A stretch of DNA of 64,000 nucleotides from a virus: the IMG/VR virus record IMGVR_UViG_3300002026_000069, positions 1 through 64,000 of that record. The stretch is one strand, 5' to 3'. Every line of letters begins with the position of its first letter. Positions within the stretch are counted from its first letter, which is position 1. The notes under the pieces were generated by a model. That model had not been told where the DNA came from. It saw nothing but the letters and a program-made list of their open reading frames with translations, and ran no database searches. The position numbers and the translations under genes are program-made. Shown piece by piece: positions 51,043 to 59,970 of the stretch.

Positions 51043-51606
51043 ATGCAGATCGAAGATTTACTCGCACAGCTTGCTGCTGGTAGCGAAAAAACTGGCACTG
51101 AGGCTGAAAAGACCGCTGCTGCCGCATCAACCACCCTTCCTGAAGGTATTTCTGCTGAAGTCTTAGCTATGGCTAAGGCTCTCTCAGAAGACAAGGAAGC
51201 TCTCGCTGCTCTTCAGAGCATGAGCGAGGACTCAGAGAAGACTGCTGAAGCTGAGAAGCTTGCAGAAGAGCTTGAGTTCCAAGGCCGTCTGTTTGCTCGC
51301 GGTTTAATCGCTGAGCAGACCAAGATTGCCTATCTTTCAGACCAGATCGACGAAGATGCCGTTATTAAGACTGCCGAAGCACTTCACATGACTCTCGATG
51401 AGATTATGGGCGAGAAGATCGCTGATGCTCATGAGCAGGCTTACACCGCTGCCCAGAATAATTCTGGCGCTGGTCATGTCGAAGTTGCTCAGAACGCTCA
51501 TGAGCGTCCTGTTGCAAAGGCAGAAGAACTCAAGGGCTTAGCCGCAGTTGCGAATGCTCTTAAGAAGGTCAAAGTCAACAAAACCGATCAGCCCGTTAAC
51601 GGCTAA
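51043..51606 (+). CDS. Acidic scaffold-like protein
   Basis: E/A-rich helical; EKTA, EKLA, KIA, KTA repeats; GRLFARG. Confidence 0.6.
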   Translation: MQIEDLLAQLAAGSEKTGTEAEKTAAAASTTLPEGISAEVLAMAKALSEDKEALAALQSMSEDSEKTAEAEKLAEELEFQGRLFARGLIAEQTKIAYLSDQIDEDAVIKTAEALHMTLDEIMGEKIADAHEQAYTAAQNNSGAGHVEVAQNAHERPVAKAEELKGLAAVANALKKVKVNKTDQPVNG

Positions 51607-51639
51607 TCATAAACAATCCATACCTACAAGGAAAATAAC

Positions 51640-52056
51640 ATGGATCTCGCAGAATACTACGAAGAAGTCACCAAGACCGCTGGCCTGAAAGAGGAAGCCG
51701 ACGTTAGCGAAGAGAAGGTAGCTGCCATCGTTGCAGTTTCCGAACAATTCGATATCGACGGAATCGCTTTCGAAAACGAAGACGAGAAGATTGCTGCCGC
51801 AGTCGCTATCGTTGAAGGATTCGAGTCAGTTGTTGAGGAATCAGAGAAGGACGCAGGCGTTGGCGAAATGTACAACAAGGTCAAGGGTCATCTCGCTGCT
51901 GGATATGCAAAGGTGAAGGAAAAGGCTGGAAAGGCTTACGCCGCCACCAAGGAACACCTAAAGACGCATAAGGGCAAGTATTACGCTGGCGCTGGCGGTG
52001 CTGCCGCTGGTGGAGTTGCTGGATACGTCGCTGGCCGCAGAAGCAAGAGCAAGTAA
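51640..52056 (+). CDS. Scaffold/internal protein: acidic N-half, basic Gly-rich C-half
   Basis: KTA, EKVA, EKIA; EKDA sits at the charge switch. Confidence 0.6.
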   Translation: MDLAEYYEEVTKTAGLKEEADVSEEKVAAIVAVSEQFDIDGIAFENEDEKIAAAVAIVEGFESVVEESEKDAGVGEMYNKVKGHLAAGYAKVKEKAGKAYAATKEHLKTHKGKYYAGAGGAAAGGVAGYVAGRRSKSK

Positions 52057-52075
52057 GCTTTTAAAAGCTTACTAT

Positions 52076-52111
52076 ACGAAAACCCCGCTCTTGTAGCGGG
52101 GTTTTTCGTTT
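52076..52111 (+). terminator. Intrinsic terminator
   Basis: AAAACCCCGCT/AGCGGGGTTTT. Confidence 0.8.
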
Positions 52112-52158
52112 CGCTTGTCATTTATAAGTAAAATCATACACTATCTACGGAGTAATAT

Positions 52159-52392
52159 ATGAACCTTTCAGTAGAAGATATTGTTAAAGAAGCCGTAGCT
52201 AAGGGAAAGAGCTTCGTTCCAGTTCCTAAGCATTCAGATGAATCTGAGCCTGCTAAGTTAGCTTCAGCCTTAGAAGCTCTTGCCGAAGATGCAGATGAAG
52301 AAGCTCAGGCTTATGCTAAGCATACAGAAGAAAAAAACGAAAAGTTAGCTTCAATTAAAGAATTCGTGGATACACTACACGAAGTTTTATGA
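52159..52392 (+). CDS. Small acidic head-associated protein
   Basis: KLAS x2; TTGTCA-16-TACACT promoter at 52115-52142. Confidence 0.6.
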   Translation: MNLSVEDIVKEAVAKGKSFVPVPKHSDESEPAKLASALEALAEDADEEAQAYAKHTEEKNEKLASIKEFVDTLHEVL

Positions 52393-53231
52393 TAGAGCAG
52401 AGGAATAAATTTAGAGAGGCTGAATTTGCCCGTCAAGGAAGCGGATCTCTAACAGTAGATGCCGCTAAGGGTCTTACTGGTTTAGCTGGTGGAGCCGTTG
52501 GTGCTGCGAGAGGTAAGGGATTTTCTGAATCAAGAAAGAAAACCTCTGAAGCAGTTGGAAAAGGTCTTTGGCATGGATTTGGAAAGCATGTAGATTATGC
52601 AGATAGATACTTAGGTGGAGCAGCTTCTAAGATTCCAATTCTTGGAAGAATGTTTAAATCAAAAGAGAGATTTGAACACGCTTTAACACCTGAAATTAAA
52701 GCTAAGTTAGGAAAAGAAGTCCTTAATCCAGCGGAACGTCATGCAGTTACCGCTGCAACAGAAGGTGTGAATGTTCGTAGACTTTCAACGCCAATTAAAG
52801 GTGTTGCTAAGGTTGCCGTTCCAATTGCCGCATCTATGTATATAGGTGATAAGATGATGAAATATAAAGAACGAAAAGCAGCAGAGCAACAACAAAAGAA
52901 CGCTGAATTAAGCGTTGTTGTTCAAAAATCAGTCCTCTTGAAAACAGCAGGGGTTCTCCGTAATCTAGATCAGGAGAAAAAAGCAGCCCTAGCTGAACTT
53001 GCAGAGACTACCAAACTCGCTACTGCTCAGAAGGCAGTTTTATCTTTAGTCAGAGAAGGTTTAATAGACCTTGATGACATAGACGAAAAGATAGCAGAGT
53101 TAGTTGAGCATCCAGATAGAGCAGAATCATTCTTCAATGTTCCAAAGACTTCAAACTTCGGAACTCTTTCGACTTCAACAACCTCTTCTTCGAATCCCCT
53201 AGAAGACTTCCTACTCAACGGAGAAAAATAA
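52389..53231 (+). CDS. Scaffold-like protein (basic N-part, acidic helical C-part)
   Basis: KTA, KLA, EKIA; C-terminal NPLEDFLL. Confidence 0.55.
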   Translation: MIEQRNKFREAEFARQGSGSLTVDAAKGLTGLAGGAVGAARGKGFSESRKKTSEAVGKGLWHGFGKHVDYADRYLGGAASKIPILGRMFKSKERFEHALTPEIKAKLGKEVLNPAERHAVTAATEGVNVRRLSTPIKGVAKVAVPIAASMYIGDKMMKYKERKAAEQQQKNAELSVVVQKSVLLKTAGVLRNLDQEKKAALAELAETTKLATAQKAVLSLVREGLIDLDDIDEKIAELVEHPDRAESFFNVPKTSNFGTLSTSTTSSSNPLEDFLLNGEK

Positions 53232-53232
53232 G

Positions 53233-53658
53233 ATGTCACTAGAAATGCTTACCCGCACAGAAGACATTCGCCGCAATGTCCTGAACAATAGCGGCAACGC
53301 TGTTGTTCGTTCAGGCTCATGGGTTGCCCGTGATGCCAATGGCAATGCCAAAACCCCTTCAGCAGGTGAAGTTTCCGCTGGCGTTGCTCAGCTTGTCATT
53401 CTCGGCAACGAGAATGCTCGTCCTGATAGCATCGGCAGCGAAACAGTCACCGTCCAGTATGGCCAGAATCGTTTCGCTGTAACAAGCGAAGGATTCGTTG
53501 ATACAAGCGTAGTAGTTGGTTGCGAGCTTCAGATCGTCAATACACCATCAGGTGTAGGTGAGATTGGTTACAAGCTCGGATTCAAGGCTGCTGGCGCGAC
53601 TGTTGCCATCTGCGAAGAGATCTCAGGCGGAAGACTCGTCTTCCGTACCCTCCGCTAA
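53233..53658 (+). CDS. Capsid decoration/cement-like protein
   Basis: 141-aa beta-rich ORF directly before capsid gene, similar GC-richer codon style. Confidence 0.55.
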   Translation: MSLEMLTRTEDIRRNVLNNSGNAVVRSGSWVARDANGNAKTPSAGEVSAGVAQLVILGNENARPDSIGSETVTVQYGQNRFAVTSEGFVDTSVVVGCELQIVNTPSGVGEIGYKLGFKAAGATVAICEEISGGRLVFRTLR

Positions 53659-53692
53659 ACTTATATACTAAAAATATAAAGGACAACATTCA

Positions 53693-54844
53693 ATGAGCGA
53701 CAATTCAGCAATCCTAAATGGCCTCTTCGTAGATGCCGTTTCAACATCAGACGGGCTTGAAAAGCTCGCTGAAGTCGGTGGAGCTTACATCCAGAAGATC
53801 CTGCGTGAGACTTCGTTCGCACGCCAGATTCTTCCTCCGGTCAATGTAACTCGTACCGATGTTACCCGTAGCGTTGATCACGATGGATTCGTCAAGATCA
53901 TCGACATTGAGCCTGATTCGAAGGCTATGGCGATGAACTTCCTTGGCGAGCCAGATGGCCGCTACATCACTGGCGCTCGTTACGCCGTTCCTTTCTTCCG
54001 CGTTGCTTCGGAAGACTTCAGCAAGGATGAAACCGAACTGATGGCCTATGACTACCCGATCACAAGAGTGATTGAGGAAAATAGCGTCAAGGATATTCAG
54101 GAGATCGAAGATAAGGTCTTCATGAAGTATGTTGACTCAGGCATTCGTTCGAATGCTATGTTCGTCAACTATGTCGGCACCAGCAAGAATCTCAGCAAGG
54201 CAGCCGTTAAGACTCTGATCAATCTGATCGAAGCCAAGCGTCTGAAGTGCGAAGTTCTTCTGATGGCAACGACCACCTGGAACGACGTTCTGGAGTTCGA
54301 CTACAGCGTTCTTGGCTCGGATCTGATCTCAAAGGTAACTGTTGAAGGATACACCTACAACACGTTCCTTGGCCGCAAGGTGATCACTTCGATCAAGGAA
54401 TCGATGTTCTTCAAGAACGCCAAGTTCCAGAATGCAGGAACCGTAACGGTAGTTGCTTCGACATCGGCTGTCGTAACAACCAATATCTTCAACGGAACCT
54501 TCGACACTGCCATCATCGGCATTGGCGACACCGTTGTAGTCTCGGGTGCTGGTGCCAACACTGGCAAGACCGGAACCGTGGTTTCAGTCTCAGCAACCCA
54601 GCTTGTTGTTACTGCCACGCTTGCCAACGAAGCTGCCGCTGAAACCCTGACCATCACGGCTAAGAGCCTGAAGACGATCTACGCCTTCACCGCCCCACGC
54701 TTCCTTGGTCACTTCTTCATCCTGAACCAGACGAAGTTCGTGATCAAGAAGGATATGAACATCATCACCTTCCGCGCTTGGGAAGATGTTGCTATCGGTA
54801 TCGGCAACCTGAATGCCGCCGCTGGCGTAACTCTCGACTCATAA
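53693..54844 (+). CDS. Major capsid protein with an ~85-aa inserted domain
   Basis: LRE.SFAR.ILPP, DIQEIED..F, FLGRKVI..IK, AWED...GIGN; high-expression codon bias; synteny; terminator after. Confidence 0.8.
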   Translation: MSDNSAILNGLFVDAVSTSDGLEKLAEVGGAYIQKILRETSFARQILPPVNVTRTDVTRSVDHDGFVKIIDIEPDSKAMAMNFLGEPDGRYITGARYAVPFFRVASEDFSKDETELMAYDYPITRVIEENSVKDIQEIEDKVFMKYVDSGIRSNAMFVNYVGTSKNLSKAAVKTLINLIEAKRLKCEVLLMATTTWNDVLEFDYSVLGSDLISKVTVEGYTYNTFLGRKVITSIKESMFFKNAKFQNAGTVTVVASTSAVVTTNIFNGTFDTAIIGIGDTVVVSGAGANTGKTGTVVSVSATQLVVTATLANEAAAETLTITAKSLKTIYAFTAPRFLGHFFILNQTKFVIKKDMNIITFRAWEDVAIGIGNLNAAAGVTLDS

Positions 54845-54868
54845 TCGAGATTAGCTTCATAAGCTATG

Positions 54869-54904
54869 CTAAACCCAGGACTAACACTCCTGGGTTTAGT
54901 TTTT
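54869..54904 (+). terminator. Intrinsic terminator
   Basis: CTAAACCCAGGA/TCCTGGGTTTAG plus T tract. Confidence 0.8.
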
Positions 54905-54968
54905 AAAACTTTCCCTCTTGTAAAATTCAAACATACCTCTACTATAAAGCACAGATAGGAAACATAAA

Positions 54969-55322
54969 ATGTTCTCGGTCAAAAATCGCTCTAATATCCG
55001 TCAGGTTACGCCCTACGGCGAATTTGGCGCGTTTGAGTCTAAGACATTCTATCCAGTTTCTAAGATTTATGCGAATGCTCGGGCTTTCTTTATTCAAAAG
55101 CCTCAATTTGAGACTTTTGATAATTTATTGCCTGTAGAACCAGCTAAAGCTCCTGTTGCCAAGGTTGATCCACCAAAACCAGTAGATCCACCAGCAGCCC
55201 CAACTGAAGAGAAACTGAAGCAAGAAGAGGTAGTTGCTCCTTCGACTGAAAAAGTTGACGAAGTAGTACCCGCTGAAGTACCAGTTGTGGAAAAGAAGCC
55301 GAAGGGCAAGCGTTCGTTCTAA
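54969..55322 (+). CDS. Hypothetical protein with P/E/K-rich tail
   Basis: TTGTAA-16-TACTAT promoter at 54918-54945; AGGA SD. Confidence 0.65.
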   Translation: MFSVKNRSNIRQVTPYGEFGAFESKTFYPVSKIYANARAFFIQKPQFETFDNLLPVEPAKAPVAKVDPPKPVDPPAAPTEEKLKQEEVVAPSTEKVDEVVPAEVPVVEKKPKGKRSF

Positions 55323-55395
55323 ATCTAAAAATTCTCAGTGAATTTTAGAGCTAGGATCTACTTGATCCTAGCTCTTTTTGTTTTAGACTATATTC

Positions 55396-56355
55396 ATGTC
55401 AACTCCGCATTTGTTTGATTTCGTAATTAACAGAGTTCGAATCTATATTCGTGATTCTAAAGAGTTAAATAAGCTTTTAGGTAACAAGTTTGAATCAGAC
55501 GATACTGCTGTTCGTCAGGCTATCATTGATGCAATTAATGATTGGAATATCTCTCAGCCTCCACTTACTCCAATTGATCTGAGAACACATCCAGCTAAGA
55601 TTTTACTCGTAAGAAAAGCTTGTGTTGAATTAATGAAGTCTGCAATGATTTGGCATAGCAGAGAACACATGCCATCACAAGATGGCGGAACATCTGCTGA
55701 TGACCATGCGAAGTTTGCTGAGTATTCGCAATGGATTGGAATGATTGAAGCTGATTATGAAACTAAGAAATCAGCATTAAAAGTCTCAATGAATGTTGCT
55801 CAGTGTTTCGGTGGTTTAGCATCGGAATACTCATATGGATGGGAAGATTGGGGCTACAATTTCCGCTCTGTGGATATGGTTTCTGGATACCCTCCAAATC
55901 AATCTGGCACAGGAACAGGTGGAAGTCCAGCTACGGGGGGCGATCCGTTCTTTGACCCCATGGAAGAAGGCCAAGCACCCGTTGGTGGGCCTCCTGTAGC
56001 AGAGCCTACACTACCAGAGCGCACAGGCGATGTTCTTACATTCATTCTTACACATACTAATGCACCTTCGAAGAAGTTGTTCCGTATTCCAGCTAATGCG
56101 ACAGTTTACGAGATAAGAGTTCAAGTTGAGAATGCATTTACTGGATTAGGTGGTCCAATCGAATTAACCGTTGGAGATGTTGGACAAACAGATCGTCTAG
56201 CACAAGCCATTGAATCTGATATGGCCACAGTTGGAACATATGTAATTAACGTTGATTACACATATGCCGCAGCAGAAGATATTTATGTGTACATTGGCAA
56301 TGTTCCTATCATTGGTAAGTGTAAGGTCATTCTAACCTACGATACGGCACAGTAA
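55396..56355 (+). CDS. Head-tail adaptor-like protein with C-terminal beta domain
   Basis: VRIYIRD...N.L...E..D...AI..WN...P helical N-domain; post-capsid position; TTGATC-16-TAGACT leaderless promoter. Confidence 0.55.
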   Translation: MSTPHLFDFVINRVRIYIRDSKELNKLLGNKFESDDTAVRQAIIDAINDWNISQPPLTPIDLRTHPAKILLVRKACVELMKSAMIWHSREHMPSQDGGTSADDHAKFAEYSQWIGMIEADYETKKSALKVSMNVAQCFGGLASEYSYGWEDWGYNFRSVDMVSGYPPNQSGTGTGGSPATGGDPFFDPMEEGQAPVGGPPVAEPTLPERTGDVLTFILTHTNAPSKKLFRIPANATVYEIRVQVENAFTGLGGPIELTVGDVGQTDRLAQAIESDMATVGTYVINVDYTYAAAEDIYVYIGNVPIIGKCKVILTYDTAQ

Positions 56356-56888
56356 TGGCAGAGAAGGCTGAAAACATCAAGCGCATCATGTCATCCTATC
56401 TTAGGATGGCTGGTGGGCGTATTAAATGGGTTATGGGTGTTTTACATCTCAGAAATGAGAGTGACACATCATATCAGAATCTTTCTGCTGGAGATGCAGA
56501 ACTAGATTCAGTTACATTAAAAGATGTAACTAGAACAAATTCGTTAAGAATAAAGCCAGATCCGAATACCGGCACATATGATATCACACTTCCTCAATCA
56601 TCGCCAAATCCTGGGGATACTCTTAGAGTAATTAATCCAGCAGGCGATACGGAATGGTCAGATCAGATCACAGCATTAGGAAATCCATTCTTCGAAGAAA
56701 CCACCATGTCATATGGACAGGTGACATATCCGCTTCAATTTGCGCCATCTTTATCAAACCCAATTCAAGCATTAGTTAATGGCATTGAGGTTGAATTTAC
56801 CATCTTAGCTAATACAATCACTATAACAACTTATTCATCAGGAGAAATAGAGAACACGGATATTCTTCGTGTTTACTATTACAAATAA
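56355..56888 (+). CDS. Virion structural protein
   Basis: TLPQSSPNPGDTL..G.TEWS fibre-like motif; VNG beta module. Confidence 0.55.
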   Translation: MAEKAENIKRIMSSYLRMAGGRIKWVMGVLHLRNESDTSYQNLSAGDAELDSVTLKDVTRTNSLRIKPDPNTGTYDITLPQSSPNPGDTLRVINPAGDTEWSDQITALGNPFFEETTMSYGQVTYPLQFAPSLSNPIQALVNGIEVEFTILANTITITTYSSGEIENTDILRVYYYK

Positions 56889-56891
56889 TCT

Positions 56892-57566
56892 ATGAAGCCC
56901 ACAGCCAAACAACTTAACGTTCTTGTAGGTCAGGCTAAATGGAACAGCGTATTTGCTGGAACCATTCCGGCATCGACTGGAATTATTGTCACTACAGCCT
57001 TTGCTGGTATGGTGAATGGTGGAACTGATTCGGTGGCTGGTGTTTATACAACAGCACCGCAGAATAAGATCTTCCTAAGAAATCGCGCTACTGGTAAAGC
57101 TTTCGAAGACTCATCGAATTGTCAGATTATTGGTCGATTGACATACTCGGCTACTGTCTGGACCATTAACTTCTACTACATCAGCGGTGGAGCAGAAGTA
57201 GCCTATAACTTCACGGGTAATCCTGACGTAGGTGCAAACTTTGACTTTAGATGGTGTGAGTCGATTCAGCTTAAGGATGCAAGTCCAACGGCTGTTGTTG
57301 ACTTTGGCGAGGGTATTGACGAGCTTGAAGCAAGCTCACCATTATCTCACGATCATATCGTTGATAAGATCGTAGCGACTTCTCTTCAAACATCATTTGC
57401 TTTATCTCAAACGCCCAAGACTGCAACTGAAGTTGCTATGTTTGTTAATGGTATTCGTTACAATTACACAACTGACTACACTATAGCTGTAGTCACATTA
57501 ACTTGGCTAGATACTGACTTTACCATGGCAGCCGGTGATGTTGTAACCCTTGTCTACATGAAATGA
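56892..57566 (+). CDS. Virion structural protein
   Basis: QTSFALS..P...FVNGI..DYTI...GDVV...Y module. Confidence 0.6.
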   Translation: MKPTAKQLNVLVGQAKWNSVFAGTIPASTGIIVTTAFAGMVNGGTDSVAGVYTTAPQNKIFLRNRATGKAFEDSSNCQIIGRLTYSATVWTINFYYISGGAEVAYNFTGNPDVGANFDFRWCESIQLKDASPTAVVDFGEGIDELEASSPLSHDHIVDKIVATSLQTSFALSQTPKTATEVAMFVNGIRYNYTTDYTIAVVTLTWLDTDFTMAAGDVVTLVYMK

Positions 57567-59768
57567 TTCAATCTAAGCAAATCACCAATCAGTTCGTTAA
57601 TGACCAATCGGAGAAAACTTCGATTGTAGATAACGATACTATTTTAATATCAGATAGTGCTGATAGTGGAAAGTCTAAGAAGATAAAAAAGGAAAATCTT
57701 TTAGCTGATTATCTTACAAATGAAACTGGAGTAGAGTTTCTTGTAGATTCAATTGATAACGGTGGTATAGAGTATATTGACGGCGATGGTGCTTCTTGGA
57801 ATACAACTACTTCTATTATTGGAAGTTCATCTGGAGCAACTGCCACAGTAAGAGGAACTACTGGCACTACTACTGGTTTCTTAGCACTAACTGGAATAGT
57901 TGGCAATTTCCAAGTTGGTGAAACTATTACAAGTCAACAATCACCATTTAAAGTATCAAAAGTTGCTCAATTCAAGAAGCAGATGGTTTCTGTTGAGAGA
58001 GTCCAATCTGGTTGCTCAATTCAAGAAGCAGATGGTTTCTGTTGAGAGAGTCCAATCTGGAAGTAACGATGTATTCCTTTATGGCGCTCCTTGGGGATTA
58101 AATGAGAGAATAAAGGAACTTGGTTCTGCATCACCAAACCAAATATTTTGGGCTGGACAGAACGCTAGTTGGTTATTTGCATCTACTGGTTTTAATAGTG
58201 ATATTGTAATTCAAAAGCAATTTACTGGTGCAATAGTCCCAAGCAACTCCATTAGGCTCGGATGGGAAGGTAGTTACGCACAGTTAACTGTTGGCGGTGT
58301 TACCATAATGAATATCATAGGTGGGAATACAACCTATGTCGGAACGGTATTAGTACCTAAATTAAATTTAATAAATACTAATGTAACTTCAAGTGTCGAT
58401 GGTGATTTATGGTATTATGAAGATGTTCCAGGAGAAGGAAGTGGTATATTCTTCAATTCTGGCGGAAATGTCAAACAACTTGATTTTGATTCTAATACAG
58501 TTGGTCCAATCCAAAAAGTTGTATTAAATGATAATGGTAATGGAACAATCAATGTTCCTGCATTACCAGTATTCCTTTATTCAACTGCAAGTTGGATAGG
58601 AACATATAGACATTATCATATTCCAGAAGCATTAAATCTTTCTCTTACAGATAATGCAATTAACTATCTGGTTGCTAACTATAATTCTGGATCACCTGTT
58701 TACCAGATAACAACAAACTCAGCGATTATAAACAACTCTAATATTGCTCTTATAGCAACTATGAGTCGTTATGGAACTGAGATACATTGGATACCTGTTG
58801 ATTGGGGATTAGCAACTGCTGTTAAATTAAATAATCGTCAAGTTAATATTCAGAGATTTCAGAGAAGCTCTGGATTAATGCTGAGCGAAACTCCAACAAG
58901 AATAATAAATATTTCCAGTGGTGTTATATGGTATGGTCATACGAGTTACGCTGAAAGTGCAGTAGTATCATCCAGTAATAATGCTGACTTCTGGTATCAT
59001 TCTGGCGGAAATTGGACAAAGAGTATCGTATCTGAGTATAATAACACTCAGTATGACGATGGAACTGATCTACAAATTTTAGGTAATAATAATTATACAG
59101 TCAATTGGGTATACCGTTATATTGATGGTGCTGGATTACCTAAGATAGCTTATGTTCTTAGTAATGGAAACTATAATAACATTGCCAATGCAAAATCTGC
59201 AACGGCTCCAATAATATCAACTATTCTTGACAGAACGGCTATTTTAGTTGGAAGAATAATAGTTCAGAAGAATGCAACCGTAGCAACTCAAATTGACTCA
59301 GCGTTCATACAAACATTTGCTGGAAGCACTGTTACCAACCATGATAGTCTGAGCGGATTACAGGGTGGAATTACTGGTGAGTATTATCATTTAACTAATC
59401 AACAGCATACAGGTTTAATTACTAAGACTCTTACATTCGTCATTGATGGTGGAGGTAGTGTTCCAGCTACAGGAGCTTATGCTTCAATTCGTATTCCATT
59501 TTCTGGAACTATAACAGGATGGTCTATTGTTGCTGATGTTTCTGGATCGGTAGTATTGGATATTTGGAAGCTTAATGGAGTAAAGCCAACAAATGTTGAT
59601 TCAATTACAGCTTTAGATAAACCAACGCTAACTACGAGTGATATTGCTACATCAAGCACTCTTACCGGATGGACAACTGCCGTTCTAGCTGGAGATGTAA
59701 TGACAGTTGAATTAGAGTCTGTTACTACATCAACAAGACTAACACTTCAATTGGATATTGAGCTATGA
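57563..59768 (+). CDS. Tail-fibre-like protein (718 aa after removing a 49-bp duplication)
   Basis: Frame restored by removing the repeat; HDSLSGLQGG..GEYYHLT; C-terminal IDGGG...PFSGTITGW...GSVVLDIWK domain. Confidence 0.7.
57962..58059 (+). repeat. Exact 49-bp tandem duplication, frameshifting
   Basis: GTTGCTCAATTCAAG...GTCCAATCTG x2. Confidence 0.95.
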
Positions 59769-59968
59769 GTGATATAGAGAAACAGATAAATGAGTTCATG
59801 GCTGAAGAATTTAAAAAATTTATTTTAGATTCCCTAAATAGCAGAGAATTACTATCTAGAAGAATAGAAATTCCTTATCTTGGAACATATAAAGCAGTTG
59901 TATTATCTGCACCAAGAGATAGCGAAGGTATTCTTCTTGAAGGCACTATTCTTTTTAAGAAAGATTAA
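59765..59968 (+). CDS. Hypothetical protein
   Basis: ATGA-coupled 67-aa ORF. Confidence 0.55.
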   Translation: MSDIEKQINEFMAEEFKKFILDSLNSRELLSRRIEIPYLGTYKAVVLSAPRDSEGILLEGTILFKKD

Positions 59969-59970
59969 GT

